NCBI GenBank assembly: GCA_040903985.1
Contig: JBBDUI010000002.1
Span: 104,204 to 168,203 of the forward strand
Origin: Candidatus Saccharimonadales bacterium
GTDB lineage: Bacteria; Patescibacteriota; Saccharimonadia; QS-5-54-17
Reading direction: 5' to 3'
DNA: 64,000 nt
The stretch's first letter is position 1, and each line of letters starts with the position of its first letter. This document shows, in pieces, positions 17,180-27,580 of the stretch. The position numbers and the translations under genes were made by a program. The notes beneath the pieces are model-generated. The model was not told where the DNA came from. It ran no database searches and saw nothing but the letters and a program-made list of their open reading frames with translations.

Positions 17180-17902
17180 CTAAAACCGCCCGATCCGGAT
17201 CGAGCGGATTATATCGAGTGCGGTCGCGTACTCATCCGTCTCGTCAAAGCTATCAAGCGGCACAGAGTGAACAGCCAGGTCATCGGCTAAATCAGGCGAG
17301 GAGTAACCGCCTCCGATAATGTAAGTGTCCTCATCGGCACCGTATTCGCCACCGAGCGACTGTCCGGGTTCGAGGACGAAATTACCAGCGATGAAGAAGT
17401 AGGCGAAATTATCACTAGAGTCCAACCCAAAAAAGGAGATACTAGTCTCCTCACGCTGGTTCTCGGTCGGCTCGGTGTAGGTCAGCGTCTCAGAAGCCCT
17501 AGCAGCGATACCACGGCCGATATATGCTCGGTCCTGCTCGCGGGCACCTTGACGCAGGTAGATCTTAAAGTGTCCGTCCACACTAGCTCCATCCACCGTC
17601 TGAAAGCTAAGGGCGGGGGAGCGAACCAGGATCGTACCGGCCTCCTCATCCTCGGCGACGGCCCAGTTATTAGGATAAGTGAACTCTAAGGCCGGTTCGC
17701 GGGAAGAATAGGTCTCTTGCTTGACCTCTACTACGTCCTCAGCCACTTCCTCGGCTGCCTGGGCGGCTGCTTCCTCAGCTTGGCGGGTTTGAGAGCGATC
17801 GTAGAAGTACCAGGAGCCGTAGGCTAGGCCTGCGAGCACACCTAGAACCAGGATCGTAAGGAGGATCTTGTTTCTAGTCGAGTGATTACTGACCTTGTAC
17901 AT
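17180..17902 (-). CDS. Hypothetical membrane-anchored (signal-anchor) acidic protein
   Basis: N-terminal TM ILLTILVLGVLAGLAYGSWYF followed by an acidic extracytoplasmic domain. Confidence 0.5.
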   Translation of the reverse strand: MYKVSNHSTRNKILLTILVLGVLAGLAYGSWYFYDRSQTRQAEEAAAQAAEEVAEDVVEVKQETYSSREPALEFTYPNNWAVAEDEEAGTILVRSPALSFQTVDGASVDGHFKIYLRQGAREQDRAYIGRGIAARASETLTYTEPTENQREETSISFFGLDSSDNFAYFFIAGNFVLEPGQSLGGEYGADEDTYIIGGGYSSPDLADDLAVHSVPLDSFDETDEYATALDIIRSIRIGRF

Positions 17903-17960
17903 GTTAGAGCTATTGTACTACATCCGCCGAGTGTGGCGCAGGCACTGCTATACTGAAGGC

Positions 17961-18515
17961 ATGAATCGAGATGAGCTAGACCGAGATGAAGCGATAGAAG
18001 GGGAGCTGGTCGGTAGTGTACCGATGCGGCGGGGTGGTCGGCCTCATGGTCCGGCTCGCTCGCCTAAGTCCCTACGCCGCTACCTAATCGGTGGAGTACT
18101 GCTGCTCTTACTACCGGCAATCCTTCTCATAGCCTTCATCTTAGGCGCCGGCTATCTCAGCGAACAGCTCCTACCACTCTTACTAGCCAGCGTGGTGCCC
18201 CTACTGATAATTACTCTAGTGCTCATCCCACTCAGCCGCCTACCGGCCTGGCGAACTCGGGCTATCCGGCTGACCTATGCCAGCTCTTTCCTCTACGGCA
18301 TCACCGCTTGGATGCTGGCCTTCATCATCACCCTGCAGCACTGGGGTGTGCTGGCCGTCATCCTCGGGCTCCTCATCCTAGGTGTGGGCGTAGTACCGAT
18401 CGGACTGCTGGCGGCTCTGTTTAATGGCGAGTGGGGAGTACTGCTCAATATCGTGGTCTTGCTAACGCTGGCCGCCGGCTTCCGCCAGTGGGCGCTTAAC
18501 CGCCGTTTGCAGTAG
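17961..18515 (+). CDS. Hypothetical polytopic membrane protein
   Basis: Four to five hydrophobic helices. The start is uncertain (track 17895; ATG at 17961 preferred). Confidence 0.45.
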   Translation: MNRDELDRDEAIEGELVGSVPMRRGGRPHGPARSPKSLRRYLIGGVLLLLLPAILLIAFILGAGYLSEQLLPLLLASVVPLLIITLVLIPLSRLPAWRTRAIRLTYASSFLYGITAWMLAFIITLQHWGVLAVILGLLILGVGVVPIGLLAALFNGEWGVLLNIVVLLTLAAGFRQWALNRRLQ

Positions 18516-18613
18516 TATAAAACGTAGATAATGCCTTTAGCGAGTGCTTAAGGTGTTGACAAAATTACATAAAAGGCTTATGTTTAGGGTATAAAGTAAT
18601 AGGAGTAAGCGCT

Positions 18614-18832
18614 ATGAACAAAGGTGTAGTAAGCACAATCGCCCTCGTCTTAGTAGTAATAGGTGGTCTTAACTGGGGCCTCGTCGGTTTCTTCGAGTAC
18701 AACCTCGTCGACGAGCTCTTCACTGAAGGCTCAGGCCTAGCTCGCACGGTATACGCATTAGTCGGTCTATCCGCACTATACGTACTTTTCACCGGTGTGT
18801 TCGCCAAGAACAGCGACAACGCCAGCGTCTAG
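18614..18832 (+). CDS. DUF378 family small membrane protein
   Basis: IALVLVVIGGLNWGLVGFF signature. AGGAG SD. Confidence 0.65.
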   Translation: MNKGVVSTIALVLVVIGGLNWGLVGFFEYNLVDELFTEGSGLARTVYALVGLSALYVLFTGVFAKNSDNASV

Positions 18833-18856
18833 TTACTTCTAGATCAGTTACATCGA

Positions 18857-18884
18857 AAAGACCCCCCAGATCGGGGGTCTTTTC
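18857..18884 (+). terminator. Rho-independent terminator
   Basis: agaccccccagatcgggggtct followed by tttcctt. Confidence 0.75.
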
Positions 18885-19024
18885 CTTATTCGGGATTAGT
18901 AAATTGAAAGATATAGAGCGGCTACTAAGACAAGGATTATAATTAAGCGTAATACGGGTTACGACAGACCGGGTCTCTGCTGTAGTATAGGGAGTAGCAG
19001 TAACTAAAAAGCGGAATTAATTAT

Positions 19025-19360
19025 ATGGATCTACTCAGCTTCGCTCTCGCCTTCGGCTCCGGCTTTATCATCGCTTGGACGCTGAAGCGACCCCTCAAAC
19101 AGCAGCGGACCATCCGTAATCCCGACACCCAGGAGAAACACTACGAAGTAGCTGCTAACCACCAGCGAACGCAGGCTAAGACGAAGCGCAAACAACAGAT
19201 CATCGACTGTATCGATATGAATGGGCAGATTAAGAGTCGTGAGGTGGAAGACATGTTTGGTGTCTCCTCGGCTACGGCCACCCGCTATTTAAGTGAGCTA
19301 GCCCGAGAGGGAAAGATCAAGAAGCAGGGCCAAGGCAGAGGCGTTCACTACACACTCTAA
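19025..19360 (+). CDS. Hypothetical protein with N-terminal TM helix and C-terminal winged-HTH (DeoR-like)
   Basis: EVEDMFGVSSATATRYLSELAREGKIKKQGQGRGVHY resembles a DeoR-type HTH. Confidence 0.5.
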   Translation: MDLLSFALAFGSGFIIAWTLKRPLKQQRTIRNPDTQEKHYEVAANHQRTQAKTKRKQQIIDCIDMNGQIKSREVEDMFGVSSATATRYLSELAREGKIKKQGQGRGVHYTL

Positions 19361-19392
19361 CCCTCAATCATGAGTGATTCGATTATAGCAAG

Positions 19393-20949
19393 CTAGAACA
19401 GTTTGCCGGCGTGACGATTAATGATATCCAGTACGGCTGGTCCGTAGTTCTCGGCCCGCTTCGGCCCGATTCCGGGTACGTTCATCAGTTGAGCTACGGT
19501 CGCAGGTCGCTCAGCCGCTAAGGCAATAAGTGTCTTATCATCAAACACGACGTAGGCTGGTACTCGCAGCGTTGCAGCTTGAGTAGTGCGCCACTCCTTA
19601 AGCACTGTAAATAGTTCGCGGTCATACTCTGCGTAATCAGACGCAAGATTGGTCCGAATGTGGGCCTGTAACTCATCGAGCTTAGCCCCTTCCATGGTGT
19701 CAAGCTGAGCGATGACCTGCTCTGTCTGGCGGCGCAGGATAGCATCGAACTCGGCGATGTCGGGACTTATCTGCAGAGCGGTGCGGTTAACGCCGCGTAA
19801 GAATAATCCGTCGAGACGACGCAGGCGCGAAAGGGCGACGTAGCCCATGCCAGGCGTAAAAGCGCGGGAGAGATCGATTTCGGCGCTATCTAAACTCATG
19901 CCCTGACTCTTATGCACCGTGATGGCCCAGGCGAGGCGGAGGGGGTACTGGCTGACTTCGGCTAGTACCCGGTCGTTATCCTCGATCTTCCAGGTATGCC
20001 GCTCGAGCGTGATGGTGCGGCTGGTAGCTAGGCGAATGACCGGCTTGCCGTCCTCGAAACCGACCACCTCAGCCCGGGAGCCGTTGACGAAGCCGAGACT
20101 GGGACTGTTGGCTACACAGAGTACTTGAGCGCCGACCTTGAGTTCGAGCACTTCCGGAGCTAAGCAGCTTTTCTGTAGCGATTCGATGAAGGTTTTACTA
20201 CCACTAGAAGTCATAGTATAGGTATGTGATTCATTCTCTAGCTGCTGCAGGCGAGCTGCGTTCAGCTTATCGACATCGAGATTGTGCGAGTAGAGACGCG
20301 TCATATCAGGGTCGTCCGTGACCTCTTCCAGCCGGGCCTGGAGTAGCTCCTGCAGAGAATCATCGACCTCCCCACGACGGATACCGCGTAGCAGCTCTAG
20401 CATGGTAGCGTCCTCGTCCTGGCGGTGCTGCTCACTGAGATAGCAAACCTTGAGATTGAGCTCGTCCCAAGCCTCAGAAGTGTGGGCAAAATCGATACTA
20501 TCGCCATAACGGGTGATAGGGGGGAGCTGGAAAAGGTCACCACAAAGAATGACCTGCAGCCCGCCGAACGGTTTATCACTATTTTTAACCTGCTTGCAGA
20601 TCTGGTTCAGGAGATCGAGCCGGGCGCCATCGAGCATGGAGATCTCATCGATGATCAGGACACGGGTACGCTTAAAACGACTCTTCAGCTGCGGCCGAGC
20701 GGCCAGGCGGTTGATCTGCTCCTCGCTCAGCTCATCGTGGATACCGATGCCACTCCAAGAGTGAATCGTCATACCGCCGATGTGAGTGGCCGCGATGCCG
20801 GTACTGGCGGTAACACCGATGCCAATGTCGTTAGCCCGGGCGTAGTCGATGAACTGGTTTAGAGTATAGGTCTTACCGGCACCGGGTTCACCGGTTAAAA
20901 ATACATTGTGACCGAGCTTCATAACGGCAAGCGCCTGGGACTGCTTCAT
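19393..20949 (-). CDS. PIF1/RecD-like SF1 DNA helicase with C-terminal HRDC domain
   Basis: Walker A GEPGAGKTY. Walker B LIIDEISML. C-terminal HRDC-like (AYVVFDDKTLIALAAERPATVAQLMNVPGIGPKRAENYGPAVLDII). Confidence 0.85.
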   Translation of the reverse strand: MKQSQALAVMKLGHNVFLTGEPGAGKTYTLNQFIDYARANDIGIGVTASTGIAATHIGGMTIHSWSGIGIHDELSEEQINRLAARPQLKSRFKRTRVLIIDEISMLDGARLDLLNQICKQVKNSDKPFGGLQVILCGDLFQLPPITRYGDSIDFAHTSEAWDELNLKVCYLSEQHRQDEDATMLELLRGIRRGEVDDSLQELLQARLEEVTDDPDMTRLYSHNLDVDKLNAARLQQLENESHTYTMTSSGSKTFIESLQKSCLAPEVLELKVGAQVLCVANSPSLGFVNGSRAEVVGFEDGKPVIRLATSRTITLERHTWKIEDNDRVLAEVSQYPLRLAWAITVHKSQGMSLDSAEIDLSRAFTPGMGYVALSRLRRLDGLFLRGVNRTALQISPDIAEFDAILRRQTEQVIAQLDTMEGAKLDELQAHIRTNLASDYAEYDRELFTVLKEWRTTQAATLRVPAYVVFDDKTLIALAAERPATVAQLMNVPGIGPKRAENYGPAVLDIINRHAGKLF

Positions 20950-21017
20950 AACTACTATGGTAGCACTCTTACATAGCGGCTATGCTTATTTATGCTCCTC
21001 TGCTATACTGACGGCAA

Positions 21018-21569
21018 ATGAAACGCATCAAACTAAATAAAAACCAGTTTCCACCTCAAGCTCTATATCTCATCGCCGCCAGCCGTATCGGCCTGGGCTG
21101 GATATTTCTCTGGAGCTTTCTAGACAAACTCTGGGGGCTTGGATTCGCTACTTGCCGCGATAGCGCTACCGATATCGTCAACCAAGGCTGTGCCTCGGCC
21201 TGGATCAACGGTGGCTCTCCAACTAGTGGCTTTTTGCAGTACGGCACCTCCGGGCCCTTGGCCGAAAACTTTGCCGCTCTGGCCGGCTCAACCTGGGCCG
21301 ACTGGCTGTTCATGATGGGACTACTTCTGATCGGTCTAGCGCTTATCCTCGGTATCGGCGTCCGGGTCGCCACCATATCGGCCAGTCTACTACTAGCCCT
21401 GATGTATCTCGCCGCTCTGCCACCACCTAACAATCCTTTCCTAGACGACCACCTAATCTACATCCTAATGCTAGCACTGATCGCCGTGACCAACGGTTCT
21501 CAGCGCTTCGGCTTTGGCCCCTGGTGGCAAAAACAGCCACTAGTAAAGCGGTACTCTATCCTACGCTGA
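21018..21569 (+). CDS. DoxX-like membrane protein
   Basis: Four hydrophobic helices. Pattern like the DoxX/TQO small-subunit family. Confidence 0.55.
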   Translation: MKRIKLNKNQFPPQALYLIAASRIGLGWIFLWSFLDKLWGLGFATCRDSATDIVNQGCASAWINGGSPTSGFLQYGTSGPLAENFAALAGSTWADWLFMMGLLLIGLALILGIGVRVATISASLLLALMYLAALPPPNNPFLDDHLIYILMLALIAVTNGSQRFGFGPWWQKQPLVKRYSILR

Positions 21570-21610
21570 GCCCGGCTGCAGGTTCCCGTCATGGTTGGTA
21601 TAATAAGAGG

Positions 21611-21856
21611 ATGAACATCGCCGATCGCTGGGTAGAAAAAGAGGGTAGGCTAGAGACGACTGTCGATACGGTCGACTTTCTGGGCGCCATCACCTTGATC
21701 CAGCAGATCGCTGACATCGCCGAGGAGCAACGCCATCACCCTAATCTGCACCTACACAACTACTCGAAACTAACTATTTCCTTAATCAGCCACGACGCCG
21801 GCCAGGTAACGGAGCGAGATCGGAAGCTAGCTGCGGCCATCGATAACATCCTCTAA
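21611..21856 (+). CDS. phhB: Pterin-4a-carbinolamine dehydratase (PCD/DCoH)
   Basis: EEQRHHPNLHLHNYSKLTISLISHDAGQVTERD core motif. AAGAGG SD. The track start at 21524 is probably too far upstream. Confidence 0.8.
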   Translation: MNIADRWVEKEGRLETTVDTVDFLGAITLIQQIADIAEEQRHHPNLHLHNYSKLTISLISHDAGQVTERDRKLAAAIDNIL

Positions 21857-21929
21857 CCTCAACTGCACTTAGACTTGTTCATAAAATATGTTTTTCAATA
21901 TGTCAAAACCTACTCTGTAAGCTACTTTC

Positions 21930-21955
21930 AAAAAGTGTCCGATCGGACACTTTTT
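21930..21955. terminator. Bidirectional terminator
   Basis: aaaaagtgtccgatcggacacttttt. Perfect palindrome with A and T runs. Confidence 0.7.
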
Positions 21956-22113
21956 GAAGATTAGGGACTAAAGCTAGTGAGGGGGGTGGTTGGTAAAAAC
22001 AGCAAAGAAAAGAGCCCTGGACGCAGGAAGTACCGACCGTGAGGTCGATAAACCGGCGAGCCAGGGCTCGGGGTGGATCGTAGCGGGGAGAAGGAGAATC
22101 TGCGGTGCGACCA

Positions 22114-22410
22114 TCAGACCGAGTCTTCGACAGCCGGTGCTTGCAGTGGTGCAGACAGGACCAGATCATCAACAGTGACGCAGATGGAAGGGGGAAGAAC
22201 CCTATTGAGCGCTTCGCATACTTCCTCTAACGCGTCTGGGTCAGCCCTCTTGAACCCGTAAGCACGAAGTGCAGTGCGCTCAGGAAGCCGCACGTACGCA
22301 CACTGTATCCTTCCGTCATGGTGGTAATGCACCAACCGCTCCGGTGAGCGACGCTGATGCGTGCTCGGCCGACTTAGTAGCTGACGGAGGAGGGCTAAGA
22401 CAGCTCTCAC
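22114..22410 (-). CDS. Hypothetical small protein (98 aa) in GC-rich segment; GTG start
   Basis: ORF only. No ATG. Overlaps the upstream ORF stop. Confidence 0.3.
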   Translation of the reverse strand: MRAVLALLRQLLSRPSTHQRRSPERLVHYHHDGRIQCAYVRLPERTALRAYGFKRADPDALEEVCEALNRVLPPSICVTVDDLVLSAPLQAPAVEDSV

Positions 22411-22736
22411 TGAACCCTCCTTGCTACACCCGGTGCACGCACAGGACCTAGATACTCGACCTTGACCCGATCGAGATCGATCATACGTCGACGACGCCTG
22501 TATGGCACAGCTGCGGCCAGCAACTTACGAGTTACTGCCTCGACAGCCGTTTCCTCCCCGCGCATAGCGCGCTCGATCAACGCTGAGGAAACGGTCAGTA
22601 CATGCAGGCTGGACCCATAGTCGGGAACGGTGACGTAGAGGTAGTAGGGCTGGAGGGGAGGGGGTGACCATGCCAACATCATGTATCCTTCGGTAGAAAT
22701 ATCTCTGAAGTATGTCACTGAACTGTTCAGGCTCAA
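22407..22736 (-). CDS. Hypothetical small protein (up to 109 aa) in GC-rich segment; non-ATG start
   Basis: ORF only. Confidence 0.3.
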   Translation of the reverse strand: MSLNSSVTYFRDISTEGYMMLAWSPPPLQPYYLYVTVPDYGSSLHVLTVSSALIERAMRGEETAVEAVTRKLLAAAVPYRRRRRMIDLDRVKVEYLGPVRAPGVARRVQ

Positions 22737-22738
22737 GT

Positions 22739-22966
22739 TTAACCTTGAGCTCTACGTCGCTGCGCCTCCCACTCGGTAGCCTCCACTTGGAGCTGGATGC
22801 CCTCAAGAGAGCGCTGTCTCCTGCGCTCCAACCACGAGTTAAAACGTGAGAGGGGCAGTATTGATGAGAGGTAGTGCATCACTAGCACTAGCAATACACC
22901 ACCGATTGCAATCCCGAGCGGAACACTCTCCGGTGAGCTGAACAGGGACAAGAATGCCTTCATCAA
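22739..22966 (-). CDS. Hypothetical small membrane protein (about 74 aa)
   Basis: One TM helix VPLGIAIGGVLLVLVMHYL. An ATG follows the TTG. Confidence 0.35.
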   Translation of the reverse strand: MMKAFLSLFSSPESVPLGIAIGGVLLVLVMHYLSSILPLSRFNSWLERRRQRSLEGIQLQVEATEWEAQRRRAQG

Positions 22967-23167
22967 ACACTCCTTGCGGGTGGGTGGGGTGACACCGACT
23001 ATCTACAACGGTGGGCAATATAGAAAGTATGCCGTAGCAAGACAGTCTATATTCTTCTGGGCCAACCGGTTCTCCTTCATTATTTAAGGTACTACGAACG
23101 CATCAATATTGACACATAAGAGTGCCGTTGTCAAACATATTACAGGGGTGGAAAATATCCGATAGGG

Positions 23168-23383
23168 CTATCTAGGCACGAAGAGACGGATACGCTTACC
23201 GGAGGTGATAGCCGACTGCCACTGGCGTAGCACGGAAGGGGGGAGGTTGAAGGTCACCTCGACTCGACCGTCCTGCAACTGGCGGGTACCGGTTGGGTAG
23301 TAGCGGCCCCGAGAACGACGCAGACGTCCCGGTGATACCTGCGGCATTAACATTACATCGTGATATTGAAGAGCGCGAGCCAT
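23168..23383 (-). CDS. Hypothetical small basic protein (71 aa)
   Basis: ATG start. Basic N-terminus. Confidence 0.35.
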   Translation of the reverse strand: MARALQYHDVMLMPQVSPGRLRRSRGRYYPTGTRQLQDGRVEVTFNLPPSVLRQWQSAITSGKRIRLFVPR

Positions 23384-23535
23384 AGGAAACCCCCTTTATT
23401 TAACTACTATTAACTTAGTCTTAGTATATACGAACAATAACCGAACATGCAAGTCTTGTTTTATAGAAAATATGTGCGGATTGACGATTAATTTGATTAA
23501 TATATTGATAACAATGACTGTTATACTGACTGGTA

Positions 23536-25056
23536 ATGATGCCGACCTACTTATCGAAATCGAACTTCATGCACTGGCTAATTCACCCGGCCTATCTCTG
23601 GCTAGAGAAGCATGAGAAGAAACGCTTACCGCCCATCACCCAGGCCGATGAATTTATGTTTAGTAAGGGCCACGACTTTGAAGCAGAAGCACGGAAGCTA
23701 TTCCCAGAAGGGAAGTTGGTTGATGCAAAACCTTGGGAGTTTGCCCAGCTCAAAGCCCAGACTGTCGCCTTAATGGAGGCTAGGGAGGAGACTATCTTTC
23801 AAGCTACTGCCTTCACTGAGCGCGGTCTACTGGTTAAAAGCGATATCTTAAAAAGACGGGGGGAGGTCTGGGACTTGTACGAGGTGAAAAGCTCGACCCG
23901 GGTCAAGGATGACCATTTAACCGATCTTGCTTTCCAAGCCGTCACTTGGGCCGAAGCCGGCATCACCATTGAAGAGGTTTACGTGCTCTACGTCGATCGG
24001 GAATATGCTCGTGGAGAGAAACTAGAGCCGGAACGACTGGTACGGCAGGAATGTGTTAGCGAGGCCGTTATGGCCCGAATCCCTGGTGTAGAGCGGCAGA
24101 TACCGGCAGCGCTGGCCACGCTAGAACGCAACAGTTGTCCCGATCTTGACCCGAGTCACGCAGGCAACTTAGGTGTCTGGCTACCACTCTACTTTCACCT
24201 CAACCCAGAGTTAGCTGCTGACCATCCCCTGCGACTAGCTCAGCTTAAACCGGAAGATCTGGCCCGACTACAGCAGCTTGGAGTCGAAAGTCTAACCGAA
24301 ATCGAACGCTATGATGGTTTCAACGCCCGTCAGCAGAGCCAGATCAAGGCCTGGCAGATGGAGTCAAGTATAAACCATTCCGAGATCGCGAACTTCCTGA
24401 ATAAGCTCGAGTTTCCGCTCTGGTTCTTAGATTACGAAACGATCTCTCACGCCGTACCGCTTTATCCCGGCACCAAGCCATACCAGGATGTACCTTTTCA
24501 GTACTCCTTGCATAAGCTCGATAGTCCGACGGCCGAGCTCAAACACTTTGAGTATCTCTCCACTAGTACCGAGTTTCCGGTACCTAAACTGCTAGAGCAG
24601 CTACAACAGGACTTAGATGGGCTAGGCAGTATATTGGTCTGGTACCAGAACTTTGAGAAAGGGATGAACGCCCGGATGGGTGAATTTTGCCCCGAGTACT
24701 CCGAGTGGCTAGCGGCCGTTAACGGCCGCATTCGCGACCTGATGATCCCGTTCTCTAGCGGCTGGTACGTCGATAAGCGTTTCGTCGGCTCGGCCTCGAT
24801 TAAGAATGTCTTGCCAGTACTAGCGCCGAAGCTGAGCTACAAGACACTAAACGTGCAGGACGGTGGTAGTGCCCAAGCCGTCTGGTATGATGCGGTCTTC
24901 AACGATCGTGGTAGCGCCAAGACCTACGACAACCTACTGCAGTACTGCGCTCTCGACACTCTGGCCATGGTCGAGATCTACAACTTCCTAATTCGTCTCA
25001 GTCGAGACGATGAGCGGCCGGCAACTGGACAGCTGGAACAGGCCCAGCTTTTCTAA
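23536..25056 (+). CDS. DUF2779 domain protein (N-terminal PD-(D/E)xK-like nuclease plus C-terminal RNase H-like exonuclease fold)
   Basis: LSKSNFMHWLIHPAYLW N-terminus. FLDYETISHAVPLYPGTKPYQDVPFQYSLH block characteristic of DUF2779. Confidence 0.7.
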   Translation: MMPTYLSKSNFMHWLIHPAYLWLEKHEKKRLPPITQADEFMFSKGHDFEAEARKLFPEGKLVDAKPWEFAQLKAQTVALMEAREETIFQATAFTERGLLVKSDILKRRGEVWDLYEVKSSTRVKDDHLTDLAFQAVTWAEAGITIEEVYVLYVDREYARGEKLEPERLVRQECVSEAVMARIPGVERQIPAALATLERNSCPDLDPSHAGNLGVWLPLYFHLNPELAADHPLRLAQLKPEDLARLQQLGVESLTEIERYDGFNARQQSQIKAWQMESSINHSEIANFLNKLEFPLWFLDYETISHAVPLYPGTKPYQDVPFQYSLHKLDSPTAELKHFEYLSTSTEFPVPKLLEQLQQDLDGLGSILVWYQNFEKGMNARMGEFCPEYSEWLAAVNGRIRDLMIPFSSGWYVDKRFVGSASIKNVLPVLAPKLSYKTLNVQDGGSAQAVWYDAVFNDRGSAKTYDNLLQYCALDTLAMVEIYNFLIRLSRDDERPATGQLEQAQLF

Positions 25057-25205
25057 CTAAGCATTTGCAATTACGTTTCGGCTGGGTTACATATATAAGA
25101 GCTCGCAACTTCAGGTTCGAGCGAGCTCGCTATCATTTTTAATATTTTATTCCCTGCCAGACTGTACCGGCTATCAATAAGTAATAGATAAGGACCTTTT
25201 ACAAT

Positions 25206-27500
25206 ATGAGCAAAAACATCGTCATCGTCGAGTCGCCAGCTAAGGCCAAAACCATCGAGAAATTCCTCGGTCCCGATTTCAGCGTCACCTCTAGCTACGG
25301 CCACATCCGCGACCTACCGAAGAAAAGCACCGGCATCGACATCGAGAACGACTTTGCTCCAACCTACGAGATTAGTCCAGATAAGAAAAAACGTGTGAGC
25401 GAACTGAAGAAACAGGTTAAAGCTGCCGAAACTGTCTGGCTCGCCACCGATGAAGATCGAGAAGGAGAGGCCATCGCCTGGCACTTATGGCAGGCACTAG
25501 ACCTAGACAAAAAAGAGGTTAAACGCATCGCCTTTCACGAGATCACTAAAACGGCAGTACAGGAAGCGATCAAGAACCCCCGCACTGTCGATCAGAACCT
25601 AGTAGATGCACAGCAAGCCCGCCGGGTACTCGACCGTCTAGTCGGCTACGAGGTCTCTCCAGTACTATGGCGTAAAGTCCGACCAGGTTTAAGCGCCGGC
25701 CGTGTCCAGTCCGTAGCCGTACGTCTAATCGTCGAACGTGAACGTGAGATCGAAAACTACACACCGGAACACAATTTTAAGATCAACGCCCACTTTAATA
25801 TCCAAACTGGGGGGGAGATCGTCGCCGAACTACCAAAAGCACTCGACACCTATGATGCGGCAAATCAGTTCATGAAAGCGGCCGTTGACGCCACCTTTAG
25901 CGTCGACGAGGTCGAAACCAAGCCTTCAACCCGTAATCCAGCAGCCCCGTTTACTACGTCTAGCCTGCAGCAAACGGCCGCCCGCAAACTCGGCTTTAGC
26001 GTGCGCCAAACTATGACCCTAGCTCAACGACTGTACGAAGCAGGACATATCACCTACATGCGTACCGATAGTGTAGCTCTGGCTAGCAGCGCTACAGCCC
26101 AGGCCGCAAAACTAATCGAGCAGACTTACGGTAAAGATTATCACCAGCCACGAACCTTCAAAGCTAAGGCCGGCGCCCAGGAAGCACACGAAGCTATCCG
26201 TCCCACTGACTTCAAACGCGAGGAAGCTGGGGGTGACGCCCAGCAGCAGAAGCTATATGCTCTGATCCGGGCTCGCACCATAGCTAGTCAGATGGCCCCG
26301 GCCCAACTAGAGAAGACAAGCATACATATTAAGAGCTCAAACCACACCGAACGTCTCATAGCTAAAGGTGAGGTGGTGCAGTTTGCCGGTTTCTTAAAGG
26401 TCTACCAAGACAGCAAGGTAGCCGACACTCTTTTACCCCGCGTCGAACCCAGCGATGTACTCGAGCTAACTACACTTGAAGCTCGTGAAACCATCAAACG
26501 CGGACCGACCCGATACAATGAGGCAGCCCTCGTCCGTACCTTAGAGGAGATGGGTATCGGCCGACCATCGACCTACGCCCCGACAATCTCAACGATCCAG
26601 ACGCGCGGTTACGTAGAGAAGGGCGATGTAGAGGGAACAGAGCAAACTATCAAGATAATCACTCTCATTGACAACAAACCGATAGAAACAGAAGAAACCG
26701 TGCTCTATGGCCGTGACACTAATAAGCTCTTGCCAACCCAAATCGCGCTGCTAGTAAACGATTTCTTAACTAAAAACTTTGCTAGCATCGTCGACTATGA
26801 CTTCACTAAGGAAGTAGAAGAAGAGTTCGACCGTATCGCTGATGGCAAAGAGCGCTGGAACGCTATGATCGCTGATTTCTATGGCCCGTTTCATAAAAGT
26901 ATCGAGGCCGCCGAAGACCTCAGTCGGGAAGAGGCGAGTGGGGCGCGTGAGGTCGGCATCGACCCGAAAACCAAGAAACCAATTATCGCCCGCATGGGTC
27001 GCTACGGTCCGATGCTACAGCTCGGTCATGCAGAAGACGAAGAGGAGAAGCCCAAGTTCGCACCCATCCCACCAGGTAGGAAGCTGCATGAGATTACTCT
27101 AGATGAGGCGCTGGAGCTGTTTGCTCTACCCCGCACGGTAGGAAAGACCGAAGACGGAGAAGAAATCACTACCAACTTCGGCCGGTTTGGCCCCTATGTC
27201 AAGGTCGGCTCGACCTACGCTGCTATCGGCGATGCCGGTGACCCATTTAGTATCGATGAGGCTACGGCTAGACGGCTAATCGCCGAGAAGCTAGAGAAGG
27301 CTCGCAAGACCGAAATCGCAACTTTCAACGGTATCCGGGTGCTTGATGGCCGTTATGGTCCATACGTAACAGACGGGAAGAAGAACGCTCGCGTACCAAA
27401 AGAGATGAAACCGGAAGAGATAACTGAGGAACAGGCTAAAGAGCTCTTAGCCAAAGCTCCGGCTCGTAAAAAGCGCCGCCGCCGTCCGGCGCGCTCCTAG
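25206..27500 (+). CDS. topA: DNA topoisomerase I (type IA)
   Basis: TOPRIM IVIVESPAKAKTIEKFLG. Active-site region YITYMRTDS. C-terminal basic tail. Confidence 0.9.
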   Translation: MSKNIVIVESPAKAKTIEKFLGPDFSVTSSYGHIRDLPKKSTGIDIENDFAPTYEISPDKKKRVSELKKQVKAAETVWLATDEDREGEAIAWHLWQALDLDKKEVKRIAFHEITKTAVQEAIKNPRTVDQNLVDAQQARRVLDRLVGYEVSPVLWRKVRPGLSAGRVQSVAVRLIVEREREIENYTPEHNFKINAHFNIQTGGEIVAELPKALDTYDAANQFMKAAVDATFSVDEVETKPSTRNPAAPFTTSSLQQTAARKLGFSVRQTMTLAQRLYEAGHITYMRTDSVALASSATAQAAKLIEQTYGKDYHQPRTFKAKAGAQEAHEAIRPTDFKREEAGGDAQQQKLYALIRARTIASQMAPAQLEKTSIHIKSSNHTERLIAKGEVVQFAGFLKVYQDSKVADTLLPRVEPSDVLELTTLEARETIKRGPTRYNEAALVRTLEEMGIGRPSTYAPTISTIQTRGYVEKGDVEGTEQTIKIITLIDNKPIETEETVLYGRDTNKLLPTQIALLVNDFLTKNFASIVDYDFTKEVEEEFDRIADGKERWNAMIADFYGPFHKSIEAAEDLSREEASGAREVGIDPKTKKPIIARMGRYGPMLQLGHAEDEEEKPKFAPIPPGRKLHEITLDEALELFALPRTVGKTEDGEEITTNFGRFGPYVKVGSTYAAIGDAGDPFSIDEATARRLIAEKLEKARKTEIATFNGIRVLDGRYGPYVTDGKKNARVPKEMKPEEITEEQAKELLAKAPARKKRRRRPARS

Positions 27501-27580
27501 TTTCTCCACAATTAGCATCAATTTTCAATTGACACTAGTTTATCGTTGTTTTATAATCATATTAACTTAAGGATCGAATC

